From: an uncultured Gammaproteobacteria bacterium | Lineage (GTDB): Bacteria > Patescibacteriota > Patescibacteriia > UBA2591 > UBA6264 | Direction of reading: 5' to 3' | NCBI GenBank assembly: GCA_964596735.1 | Contig: CAZQVF010000001.1 | Span: 9,924 to 73,923, forward strand | DNA length: 64,000 nucleotides | In this document: piece by piece, positions 48,389-57,399 of the stretch | How positions within the stretch are numbered: the stretch's first letter is position 1 | Layout of the letters: every line of letters starts with the position of its first letter | Notes under the pieces: generated by a model | The model's input: the letters and a program-made list of their open reading frames with translations, nothing else | Told to the model about the DNA's origin: nothing | The model's database searches: none | Program-made: the position numbers and the translations under genes

Positions 48389-49291
48389 TTATTTTCCACT
48401 AAAAATTTCTTCTGATACTTGATATTCCTTTCCTCTGTAGCTAAACGTAACCCTATTTCCTTTTACTACGACTTTGCCGGATTCTGGTTGCTGTATTGGT
48501 TCAGATCCAAATAGCCTTTCAAATGCTTTCGCATTCACTTTTCCATTGTTGGCAAGATATACAGCCAAGGCATCAAGTTGCCATCCGTGCCCTACAAATC
48601 CTATACTAACAGACCTTTGACTTATCATGCTTTGAGCAAACTCTTTTAGTCTTTGAATGCCTAATAGGTGTTTTTCGGCTGTTTGTTGTGGGCTCGGTAC
48701 TTGGAATATTTTATCCCCGCTTACCAGTTTGCCTTCATTTCGGAACCATTCTAAAACGGCTTTATTCTCATTATTACCAACTTGTTTTAACAACCTTTTC
48801 ATGTAAGGGGTATGTTCGCCCGTATCTTTGTCGCGATGATGAGGCCTTAAGCTGAATTCTTTTAGAAATAATGGGTATGTAAAAACTAATTTTTGATCGG
48901 GATTGCCTTCTATGGCTTGCCTTATTTTATCCAAAACTTTGCCGCCTTTTTCTTTCACCTCGTTTCGCCAATTATCTATATCTTTTTTAGTAAAAATATT
49001 AATACTTCCATCCTCTTGATATTTATTAGACAGTTCATCGCCTATTACTTCAGTGGTGGCCTTTGTTCTTTTTTCCTCGGATGAACCGCCTACGAAGAGT
49101 ATGCCATCCTTATCCATACTATCAACTATTTCTCCAAATTTATGATCAGCCATTTCTCGTGCTTTTCTTTCTCCCTTTTTGGTTATAGATGGATAACGCT
49201 CCGATATTTTTTCCGCATCTTCAGGCGAATAGCCCATGCTTCTATCGGCACGTTCAGTGTGTCTGGTAAAAATTGTGTTTTCAGATTTCAT
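48389..49291 (-). CDS. Histidine-phosphatase-superfamily-like protein (RHxE ... GHG motifs), function unknown
   Basis: FTRHTERAD (RHG-like motif) lies near the N-terminus and IGFVGHGWQLDAL (the second catalytic His motif) near the C-terminus. It is 300 aa. The call is motif-based only. Confidence 0.45.
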   Translation of the reverse strand: MKSENTIFTRHTERADRSMGYSPEDAEKISERYPSITKKGERKAREMADHKFGEIVDSMDKDGILFVGGSSEEKRTKATTEVIGDELSNKYQEDGSINIFTKKDIDNWRNEVKEKGGKVLDKIRQAIEGNPDQKLVFTYPLFLKEFSLRPHHRDKDTGEHTPYMKRLLKQVGNNENKAVLEWFRNEGKLVSGDKIFQVPSPQQTAEKHLLGIQRLKEFAQSMISQRSVSIGFVGHGWQLDALAVYLANNGKVNAKAFERLFGSEPIQQPESGKVVVKGNRVTFSYRGKEYQVSEEIFSGK

Positions 49292-49309
49292 AATTATAGC
49301 TTATAAATT

Positions 49310-50665
49310 TTAAGTTTTTATTTTTGATATGATTCCATTGTTTGCATTAACTTCTACAAAATCTCCGTCTTTAAAAATACGGGTAGCGTGTTTTGTGCCG
49401 ACTATGCACGGCAAGCCGATCTCCCTGCTAATTATTGCCGCATGCGAAGTTATACCCCCCATATCAGTAACAATTGCCGCAGCTCTATAGGTGGCCGGCA
49501 CAAAATCAGGTGTTGTTTCAGAGGCGATCATGACGTCTCCCTTATTTACTTTATCTGTTTCATGCGGCGATAAAACAATCTTAGCGGTCCCTTTTATCCT
49601 TCCTGGATTAGCAACAGTACCTTTTACTTGCGATTTTTGAGACACGCTTTCCAATGCGGAATTTATACTTTTTATTAATTCTTCACCGGTTAAAATTATA
49701 ATTTTCCCTCTTTTTATTATCAAACCAAAAGCTTTTCTCCGCCTTTTTAAGATCTGTCTGGAAGGGATTATTTTACCTTGCAAACCATTTAAAAACTCTT
49801 GAGGCGAAAGCCATCCTGCCAGGTCGTATTTAAGCCCCATACCCCTAGAACCTTCTTCAAATTTGCTCAAAGCTATATAACTTACTACTCCGCAAATTTC
49901 CGCTATATAGTTACGCCAGTAGGAAAGTTCCTGCGTCTGTTTTTGTAGCCAATCTAGATCTCTTGGTAATTTGATTGTGTTTTTCTTCACTTTATCTCTG
50001 GTAATGGAAATATTCTTTAATTGTTCTAAAAATTTTTTTTCTGAGAACGGCTCTCCCCACATGTGCATCATTCCGAACCATTTATATTTTGAAATATGCT
50101 TATTTATTCTTTTATATATGTTCGGATAACGAAGCCTTAAAAATTCAAAAATTTGTTTAGTGGAAAATTTTTTTATCTTGTCCAGTATTTTATTTTTAAC
50201 TAATTCTTTCTTGATAATAACTATGTCTCTTTTTTGTTGCATCAACAAAGAGGGTTTTTGGGGTGTTAAAAATAACTGTAAATAGTCTTCTGGCAAATTA
50301 CGAGTCGTTAGTTCTTCTTTAATAATTTTTTCCAATTTATCGTTCATCGGCAGGACAAAAAACCAAGGATATTCCATTTGATTCATTGCCTGGAAAAATT
50401 CATTAAAGTCGCCGGCTCTCAAACCTTTGCTTTGCTTCAGCTTTTTAACTACCATAAGCATCTTGCTGATTTTAGCTTCCATTAGTTGAAAAATGGCCTT
50501 AAATGATTTTTCATCTTTTTCTTTGACAATTTTCTGCGTCCACTTTTCTATTGTCTCCCAATCTTTTCTATAAAGAAGAAGGTATCCGTCCAATAACAAA
50601 AGTCTTCCGTCTAATTTAGGCAAGCCATATTTTTCACCAGCTTGATTATCGGCCCACTTCTGCAA
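49310..50665 (-). CDS. Orphan PEP-utilizing-enzyme mobile (phosphohistidine swivel) domain protein with a novel helical N-terminal region
   Basis: The C-terminal 90 aa read GTAKIVLSPHETDKVNKGDVMIASETTPDFVPATYRAAAIVTDMGGITSHAAIISREIGLPCIVG. This is the PPDK/PEP-synthase/rifampin-phosphotransferase swivel domain, with the catalytic His in TSHAAI. No ATP-grasp or PEP-binding domain is present in this protein or its neighbours. Confidence 0.65.
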   Translation of the reverse strand: MQKWADNQAGEKYGLPKLDGRLLLLDGYLLLYRKDWETIEKWTQKIVKEKDEKSFKAIFQLMEAKISKMLMVVKKLKQSKGLRAGDFNEFFQAMNQMEYPWFFVLPMNDKLEKIIKEELTTRNLPEDYLQLFLTPQKPSLLMQQKRDIVIIKKELVKNKILDKIKKFSTKQIFEFLRLRYPNIYKRINKHISKYKWFGMMHMWGEPFSEKKFLEQLKNISITRDKVKKNTIKLPRDLDWLQKQTQELSYWRNYIAEICGVVSYIALSKFEEGSRGMGLKYDLAGWLSPQEFLNGLQGKIIPSRQILKRRRKAFGLIIKRGKIIILTGEELIKSINSALESVSQKSQVKGTVANPGRIKGTAKIVLSPHETDKVNKGDVMIASETTPDFVPATYRAAAIVTDMGGITSHAAIISREIGLPCIVGTKHATRIFKDGDFVEVNANNGIISKIKT

Positions 50666-50888
50666 AAGCCAATTATATATTAGGGGTGTTTTATACTGAC
50701 CAAGATATGTGTAATTTTTTTATCAAGATTTCTAGACATAGCAATATTTATAATAAGTCGTTTTCGGAGCGATAACGGAGAAAATATCTTGCTTTTCTCT
50801 CTCTAAAAAAACAAAAAATAAATTTCTAATTTTTTACAAAAATGTGATTCGAGCCGATGTTTTTATATATTCTCTGACATTTTCTCGG

Positions 50889-50963
50889 TGGTACCCCCAA
50901 GAGGAGTCGAACCTCTATCTAGAGATTAGAAGTCTCTCGTTCTATCCGTTGAACTATGGGGGC
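50889..50963 (-). tRNA. tRNA-Arg (anticodon TCT)
   Basis: Reverse-complement fold: acceptor GCCCCCA/UGGGGGU, D-arm GUUC-AACGGAUA-GAAC, anticodon stem AGAGA/UCUCU with loop CUUCUAA, T-arm AGAGG-UUCGACU-CCUCU, discriminator A plus CCA. Its 5' end abuts the htpX stop codon. Confidence 0.85.
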
Positions 50964-51848
50964 TTACATTTTCCTTAAAGCATTAACCCGTTCTTTAATT
51001 GGTGGATGAGTGGAAAAAAGCTTACTAGTAATATTTTTTTTCGCGCCAAAAGGACTGGCAATATATAAATGGGCTGTCGCACCATTGGCTTTTTTTAATG
51101 GCTGGTTGTTTTGTGATATTTTTTCCAAAGCCTTGGCCAAGCCTTCTGGGTAACGGGTTAAAAGAGAAGCTGAAGCGTCAGCTAAAAATTCTCTTTTACG
51201 GGAAATGGCCAGTTTAATTAGTTGTGCAATTATAGGGGAAAGAATCATCAATACCAAGCCGATAATTAAAAGGATTGTTCCCACTGATCCTTGTTTGTTA
51301 TTTCGGCTGCGTCCACCCATTAAATTAAAACGCAAAAACCAATGAGCTAAAAGACTAACAATGCCGACAAGAACGACAACTAATGTCATTAATCTAATAT
51401 CATAGTTTTTAATATGGGATAATTCATGAGCAATTACGCCTTCTAATTCTTCATTCTCTAATTTATCAATAATGCCAGTGGTTAAGGCAATAGAGGCATG
51501 TTTAGGGTCTCGGCCAGTAGCAAAGGCATTAGGAGAAGAATCATTGATAATATATACTTTGGGGGCGGGGACACCAGCAGTAATGCAGAGATTTTCAACC
51601 ATATTATAGACATAGGGATTATCTGTCTTTTTTATTTCCTTGGCCCCAGCACTCCACAGAGCCATTTTATCGCCAGAATAATAACCACTCAAACTCATAA
51701 ACAAGGCAATAATAGCGGCAATAACAACTCCGGCATAACCAGCATTACTTATTTGACCAATAACCCAGCCCAAGAAAAGAACAAAGATAACAAAAAAAAT
51801 GATGAGGAGGAAAGACTTTCTTTTATTAGTATCAATTTGTGAATACAT
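50964..51848 (-). CDS. htpX: Zinc metalloprotease HtpX (M48 family)
   Basis: Two N-terminal TM helices, HExxH (IAHELSHIKNYD) and downstream TM helices. It is 294 aa. Confidence 0.88.
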   Translation of the reverse strand: MYSQIDTNKRKSFLLIIFFVIFVLFLGWVIGQISNAGYAGVVIAAIIALFMSLSGYYSGDKMALWSAGAKEIKKTDNPYVYNMVENLCITAGVPAPKVYIINDSSPNAFATGRDPKHASIALTTGIIDKLENEELEGVIAHELSHIKNYDIRLMTLVVVLVGIVSLLAHWFLRFNLMGGRSRNNKQGSVGTILLIIGLVLMILSPIIAQLIKLAISRKREFLADASASLLTRYPEGLAKALEKISQNNQPLKKANGATAHLYIASPFGAKKNITSKLFSTHPPIKERVNALRKM

Positions 51849-51849
51849 A

Positions 51850-52785
51850 TTAATTTTTTCTTTTTTTATCGTGAAAAGACTGATAAATTTCTCTTAAATG
51901 CTGATCAGTGACATGAGTGTAAATTTGAGTCGTAGTAATGTTTTTATGCCCTAACATTTCCTGAACCGCCCTTATATCTGCTCCGCCTGATAATAAGTCA
52001 GTGGCGAAGCTATGACGGATGCTGTGGACAGTGATTTTTTTAGTTATCCCAGCAACCTTGGCATATTTCTTAACTAATCTTTGAATAGAGCGGGGAGTTA
52101 AGCCTGGATTTGCCTTTTTAGAGTCTTTTTTAGCGGCCCGGTCATAACGGAGAAACAAACAAGATTCCATATCTTTTCTTGCTTCTAAGTATTTTTTTAA
52201 TCGATACTGAGCTTGATTAGAAAGAAAAACGACTCGCCAACGACCGCCTTTTCCCTTTACACTAAATTCATTTTTCTTAAGATTAATATCTCCTTTTTTT
52301 AATCTGGATAATTCAGAAACCCTTAGACCAGTAGAGAATAATAGTTCTAAGATGGCCTTATCTCTTAATTTAATAATATCTTGTTGTTTTATGGTTAGGG
52401 GTGCGTCTAAGAATTTTTCCAAATCACTACCCTCTAAAAATGAGATTTGTCTTTCACTGGTTTTGGCCAGGTCAATTTTTTCCCCAGCCAATGCTTTAAT
52501 ATCTCTTTTAGCTAAATATTTTAAAAGCACTCTTAAGGCAATTAAATGATAATTCTGAGTAGCCGGAGAAAGATTTCCCCCTCTGGGATTTTTTAATCGA
52601 GAGAGCCAGAGACGATATTTTCTTACTATTTCAAGGCTAATCTGAGCAGGGGAGTTAATCTTGGTTTGTTTTAAAAATCGGTTTAAATAAAAATGGTAGT
52701 TACGGACAGTTAATTTACTAGAGCCCTTTTCAATTTCCAAGTATTCTAAAAATTCAATAATTAAATTTTTGAGATCTTGTGGCAT
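51850..52785 (-). CDS. Tyrosine site-specific recombinase, XerC/XerD family
   Basis: The C-terminal catalytic region is HSIRHSFATDLLSGGADIRAVQEMLGHKNITTTQIYTHV (R-H-R-Y motifs). An N-terminal SAM-like core-binding domain is present. It is 311 aa. Confidence 0.88.
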   Translation of the reverse strand: MPQDLKNLIIEFLEYLEIEKGSSKLTVRNYHFYLNRFLKQTKINSPAQISLEIVRKYRLWLSRLKNPRGGNLSPATQNYHLIALRVLLKYLAKRDIKALAGEKIDLAKTSERQISFLEGSDLEKFLDAPLTIKQQDIIKLRDKAILELLFSTGLRVSELSRLKKGDINLKKNEFSVKGKGGRWRVVFLSNQAQYRLKKYLEARKDMESCLFLRYDRAAKKDSKKANPGLTPRSIQRLVKKYAKVAGITKKITVHSIRHSFATDLLSGGADIRAVQEMLGHKNITTTQIYTHVTDQHLREIYQSFHDKKRKN

Positions 52786-52811
52786 AATAGGAATATCTTA
52801 ACAAAATTATT

Positions 52812-53177
52812 TTAACGCGTCAAGATTTTGCGACACCTATTAATTCTCAACTGAACCAAATATCCAAGCAAAACTCCAACTGAATCAAAACAAATATCTA
52901 ATAAAGCCATATTTCTCCCAGGAACAAAACTTTGGTGAAATTCATCTGAAATAGCGTATAAAACAGAAAGAATAACAGGCCAAATTAATGGTTTTTTCAT
53001 GGCTCTGGCTAAAAGCAGGAAAAAAATACCATATTCTACCATATGAGCAATTTTCCTTAAAATAGTGTCCCAAAACGTTTCCAAACTGGTTTTTAAATCA
53101 GGAACAGAGGATAAATAAAAGATTAATCCAGCCCAGATAATAACAGGCAGCCATAAAATAATGAATTTTTTAAGCAT
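52812..53177 (-). CDS. VanZ-like family small membrane protein
   Basis: A 121-aa protein with four TM helices and a VanZ-like arrangement (LWLPVIIWAGLIFYLSS ... GYLVQ). Confidence 0.5.
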   Translation of the reverse strand: MLKKFIILWLPVIIWAGLIFYLSSVPDLKTSLETFWDTILRKIAHMVEYGIFFLLLARAMKKPLIWPVILSVLYAISDEFHQSFVPGRNMALLDICFDSVGVLLGYLVQLRINRCRKILTR

Positions 53178-53297
53178 ATTCTTATCTTATTCAACAGGCC
53201 TAAATTAGTCAATAATCTATTAAGAAATAAGTTGCTTTTTATTTGGTTTTATGTTAAAATATGACCTACTTAATATTGATGTATAAACTTTTAATTT

Positions 53298-53576
53298 ATG
53301 GCAAAAACAAAAAAATCCAAAAAACCAGTAAAGAAAAAGATAATAGAAGAGAATAAAAAGAGCGACCAAGATACTGGTTCAGCTCAAGTTCAAATCAGCT
53401 TATTAACCAAAGAAATCAATGATCTAAATGAACATTTAAAAACTCATATTCATGACTATTCTTCTCGTCGAGGCTTATTAAAAAAGGTTAGTCAGCGAAG
53501 AAAAAATTTAAAATATCTACAGGTTCATGACAGCAGGGCTTATGAAAGAATAATTAAAAAACTTAAAAAGAAATAA
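53298..53576 (+). CDS. rpsO: 30S ribosomal protein S15
   Basis: GSAQVQISLLTKEINDLNEHLKTHIHDYSSRRGLLKKVSQRRKNLKYL matches S15. It is upstream of pnp, as is typical. Confidence 0.9.
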   Translation: MAKTKKSKKPVKKKIIEENKKSDQDTGSAQVQISLLTKEINDLNEHLKTHIHDYSSRRGLLKKVSQRRKNLKYLQVHDSRAYERIIKKLKKK

Positions 53577-53588
53577 AAATTCAATTAT

Positions 53589-54092
53589 ATGACTAAATAT
53601 AAAGATCAACGGGCCGGCATTTTTGTCGACGTCGCCAATATGTATCATTCAGCTAAGAATTTATACAAAGCAAATGTTAATTTTGCCAAAATCTTAGAAA
53701 CAGCAATTGGCAATCGTCAACTCATCCGAGCTATTGCTTATGTGGTTCGTTCAAAATCAAAAGAAGAACAAAGCTTTTTTGACGCTATTTCCAAGCAGGG
53801 ATTTGAATTAAAAGTAAAGGATTTGCAAATTTTTCCAGGGGGAATGAAAAAAGCTGATTGGGATGTTGGCTTAACAGTTGATGCCATTAAAATGGCAAAC
53901 AGATTAGATGTCGTTACCCTGGTTACAGGTGATGGCGATTATATACCCTTGGTTAATTATTTAAGAGAAAACAAGGGATGTTTGGTCGAACTTTTAGGTT
54001 TTAAGGAGACAACCTCAGCTAAATTAATTGAAACAGTTGATGTGTTTACTGACCTAAGTAGATATAAGAAAAGATTTTTAATTAAAAAATAA
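53589..54092 (+). CDS. NYN/LabA-like (PIN-related) domain protein
   Basis: RAGIFVDVANMYHS ... VTGDGDYIPLV. Acidic residues sit at NYN positions. It is 167 aa and is inserted between rpsO and pnp. Confidence 0.65.
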   Translation: MTKYKDQRAGIFVDVANMYHSAKNLYKANVNFAKILETAIGNRQLIRAIAYVVRSKSKEEQSFFDAISKQGFELKVKDLQIFPGGMKKADWDVGLTVDAIKMANRLDVVTLVTGDGDYIPLVNYLRENKGCLVELLGFKETTSAKLIETVDVFTDLSRYKKRFLIKK

Positions 54093-56318
54093 ATGAAATT
54101 TACTACAGAAATAGGAGAAAGAGAATTAATTGTTAAAACTGGTGAAGTAGCTGGACAGGCAAACGGAAGTTGTGTTGTTCAATATGGCGAAACAACTGTT
54201 TTAGCCACAGCAGTTTTAGGAGAAGAGGAAAAAGAATTAGACTATTTTCCTCTTTCAGTAGACTATGAAGAGAAGTTTTATGCCGCCGGACGGATTAAAG
54301 GTTCTCGTTTTATTAAAAGAGAAACTCGCCCGCCAGATGAGGCGATTTTAACAGGTCGATTAATTGATCGTTCAATTCGACCTTTTTTTAATGAAGAAAG
54401 TCGGCGAGCGGTTCAAGTTATTTTAACCGTACTCTCAGTTGATCAAGAAAACGACCCGGATATTGTTGCCCTTTGGGGAGCGGCAATTGCCTTAAGTATT
54501 TCTGACATTGCCTGGGATGGGCCGATTTCAGGGGTTAGAGTTAGTCGAACTCCTGTTGAATCAGGAAAAGAAGGTAAATGGATTTTAAATCCATCTTATG
54601 AAGACAGAGAAAAAAGTGATTTAGAAGTAATAGTTTGTGGCACCAAGGATAGAATAATTATGCTAGAAGCAGAAGCCAAAGAAATAGATAACATGGTTAC
54701 AAATGAAGCAGTTAAATATGGTTTAAGCCGCTTGGAAAAAATTAATAAATTTATTAAAAGTATTCAGAAGAAAGTTGGCAAAGAGAAAACTCCCCTAGTG
54801 GCTGATTTGACAGATGAAGAGTCTTCAGCTAAACAAGAGTTAAAAAGAATTACTAAAGACATAATTGAAAAAGAAGCACCCAAGTATTTATTTGAACATG
54901 TTTTAAAAACAAAAAAAGATAGAATAGGTGCGGCGGAAAAAATTAGAGCCCGCTTAGATGAACTTTTAATCGAGAAACAAATTGGCAAGGAAAAAAGACA
55001 AAAAATGATTGATTTTGCTAATAAATTGATTTATCGTCAGGTTAGTCAGAGAATTTTAGACAAAGACCAACGGATTGATGGACGCCAACTTGATGAAATT
55101 AGAGAGCTTGATTGTCAGGTGGGAATTTTACCAAGAGTTCATGGTTCAGCTCTTTTTTCTCGAGGAGAAACCCAAACTCTTTCCATTGTCACCTTGGCCG
55201 CTCCTGGTTCAGAACAATATCTAGACACCATGGAAGGAGAGGGGCGTAAGCGCTTTATGCACCATTACAATTTTCCACCTTATTGTTCAGGTGAGGTAAG
55301 ATATATGAGATCAACTAACCGAAGAGAAGTTGGTCACGGAGCTTTAGCTGAAAAAGGAATTTTACCAATCTTGCCAGAGAAGGAAGAGTTTCCTCATACG
55401 ATTCGTATTGTCTCTGAATCGCTTTCTTCTAATGGTTCAACTTCAATGGGAGCCGTTTGTGCTTCTGTTTTGGCCGCTATGGACGCTGGTATTCCTATTA
55501 AAAAGCCAGTAGCTGGAATCGCTATTGGTTTGGCCTCAGAAGAGGATGAAAAGGGATTTAAAAGATACAAGCTTTTGACCGACATCCAGGATTTAGAAGA
55601 CGGCCCTGGGGGCATGGATTTTAAGGTAATTGGAACAGCAGATAAAATTACCGCTATTCAGATGGACACTAAAACCAGGGGTCTTAATCTTGATATAGTA
55701 GAAAAAACCTTAGCTACTTCTTCAAAAGCGCGTCAACAGGTTTTAGAAAAAATGACCCGGGTTTTATCTCAAGCAAGAGAAGAATTGTCTCCTTATGCAC
55801 CAAAGATAACGGTGGTGACAATTAATCCAGACAAAATTAGAGATGTTGTTGGCCCAGGCGGTAGGGTCATCAATGAGATTATTGACAAAACAGGGGCGAT
55901 GATTGACATTGAACAAGACGGGACAGTTTCTATTACCTCTGAAGACGATGAATCATTAAAGAGAGCCGTTCAATGGGTTAAAGACATTACTCGAGAATTT
56001 AAAGTTGGGGAAACATTTCAGGGCAAGGTAGTAAGAATTATGGATTTTGGCGCTTTTGTGGAACTTGTCCCTGGTCAAGACGGCATGGTTCATGTTTCAG
56101 AAATGGAATACCATCATGTAAAACATCCAGATGATGTGGTAAAAATTGGAGACATTGTTCCGGTAAAGATAATAGAAATTGACAAACAAGGGAGAATCAA
56201 CCTTTCAATGAAGGCATTAAAAGAGAGACCAGCATATTCGTCAAATAATAATAAGTCTTTTCAAGAGAAGCGTTCAGATAAACGTCCGTTTCACCGCCCC
56301 TTCAGACCTAAAAAATAA
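54093..56318 (+). CDS. pnp: Polyribonucleotide nucleotidyltransferase (PNPase)
   Basis: Two RNase PH-like domains, KH (ITVVTINPDKIRDVVGPGGRVINEII) and S1 (GETFQGKVVRIMDFGAFVEL), plus a basic C-terminal tail. It is 741 aa. Confidence 0.93.
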   Translation: MKFTTEIGERELIVKTGEVAGQANGSCVVQYGETTVLATAVLGEEEKELDYFPLSVDYEEKFYAAGRIKGSRFIKRETRPPDEAILTGRLIDRSIRPFFNEESRRAVQVILTVLSVDQENDPDIVALWGAAIALSISDIAWDGPISGVRVSRTPVESGKEGKWILNPSYEDREKSDLEVIVCGTKDRIIMLEAEAKEIDNMVTNEAVKYGLSRLEKINKFIKSIQKKVGKEKTPLVADLTDEESSAKQELKRITKDIIEKEAPKYLFEHVLKTKKDRIGAAEKIRARLDELLIEKQIGKEKRQKMIDFANKLIYRQVSQRILDKDQRIDGRQLDEIRELDCQVGILPRVHGSALFSRGETQTLSIVTLAAPGSEQYLDTMEGEGRKRFMHHYNFPPYCSGEVRYMRSTNRREVGHGALAEKGILPILPEKEEFPHTIRIVSESLSSNGSTSMGAVCASVLAAMDAGIPIKKPVAGIAIGLASEEDEKGFKRYKLLTDIQDLEDGPGGMDFKVIGTADKITAIQMDTKTRGLNLDIVEKTLATSSKARQQVLEKMTRVLSQAREELSPYAPKITVVTINPDKIRDVVGPGGRVINEIIDKTGAMIDIEQDGTVSITSEDDESLKRAVQWVKDITREFKVGETFQGKVVRIMDFGAFVELVPGQDGMVHVSEMEYHHVKHPDDVVKIGDIVPVKIIEIDKQGRINLSMKALKERPAYSSNNNKSFQEKRSDKRPFHRPFRPKK

Positions 56319-56346
56319 TTATTTTAAAAATTTTTAAAATAAATTT

Positions 56347-57399
56347 ATGAAAATAGGGAGAAAACAAAAGTTTTATCCCGGTAAAACAAAAAATATTTTA
56401 ATTACCGGGGGAGCAGGATTTATTGGTTCACATTTATGTGACCGATTAATCAAAGACAACAATGTTATTTGTTTAGATAACTTTGTGGGAGGGGGACACG
56501 TTAATAAAATCAAGCATTTATTGCAAAATCCAAACTTCCGTTTTATCAAACACGACATTAACGAGCCGATTGATTTTAAGAGCTTCCCAGAGCTGAAGGA
56601 TTTTAAAATAAAGATTCGCGGTATACAAGAAATTTATCATTTAGCCTGCCCGACTTCGGCTAAAAATTTTAATGAACTGCGCATTCAAACACTACAGACT
56701 AATTCAACGGGCGTTCTTAATGTTTTAGAAATGGCCTGTTCTTATAACGCGAAAATGCTTTTTACTTCTTCGGCAGTAGTCTATGGTCCACGAAGTAAAG
56801 AAAAACAAGTTTTTAAAGAAGATGATGTTGGAGCCGTGAATTTTACTAGCCCAAGAGCTTGTTATGACGAGGGGAAGAGATTTGCTGAGTCAGCCATTGT
56901 CACTTATAGAGATGTTTATCGAGTTGATGTCAAAATTGCTCGTGTTTTCAGAACTTATGGACCAAGAGAAGCTCTTTTTGACGGACAAATGGTGCCTGAT
57001 TTTGTTCTTCAGGCAATTAATAACAAACCTCTAGTTATTTATGGTAATGACCAATTTGCCACTTCTCTTTGTGAGGTTGGTGATATGGTTGGTGGGCTAG
57101 TGGCGTTAATGAATTCAGAAGAGCCAGGGCCAATGAATTTAGGCCATCCTCAAAAGTATAAATTAGTTGATTTAGCTCAGAAAATCATTCAATTAACTGG
57201 CTCTCAATCAAAGGTTGAGTATAGGCCGGCTTTACTTTTTATGACGGCGTTGGGTTTGCCAGACATTTCTTTAGCTAGACGAAAATTAAATTGGTTCCCT
57301 GTTATTCAAGTGGATGATGGCCTTAGAAAATTAATTGATTATGTTAGAGCTAATCGCATCCTTCTTCAACCTTTAGTCAATAAATATGATCAAGAATAA
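56347..57399 (+). CDS. NAD-dependent epimerase/dehydratase, UDP-glucuronate decarboxylase (UXS)-like
   Basis: Rossmann motif ILITGGAGFIGSHL and the catalytic YxxxK in CYDEGKRFAES, which is the UXS-type Y-D-E-G-K-R pattern. Confidence 0.78.
   Translation: MKIGRKQKFYPGKTKNILITGGAGFIGSHLCDRLIKDNNVICLDNFVGGGHVNKIKHLLQNPNFRFIKHDINEPIDFKSFPELKDFKIKIRGIQEIYHLACPTSAKNFNELRIQTLQTNSTGVLNVLEMACSYNAKMLFTSSAVVYGPRSKEKQVFKEDDVGAVNFTSPRACYDEGKRFAESAIVTYRDVYRVDVKIARVFRTYGPREALFDGQMVPDFVLQAINNKPLVIYGNDQFATSLCEVGDMVGGLVALMNSEEPGPMNLGHPQKYKLVDLAQKIIQLTGSQSKVEYRPALLFMTALGLPDISLARRKLNWFPVIQVDDGLRKLIDYVRANRILLQPLVNKYDQE

Noticed and set aside
51850-52785. Tyrosine recombinase as a phage-type integrase marking a prophage
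   Set aside because: Its length, SAM-like N-domain and XerC/D-like catalytic region fit the chromosome-dimer-resolution Xer recombinases. No phage structural, terminase or repressor genes are nearby. It is kept only as supporting context for the islet hypothesis.
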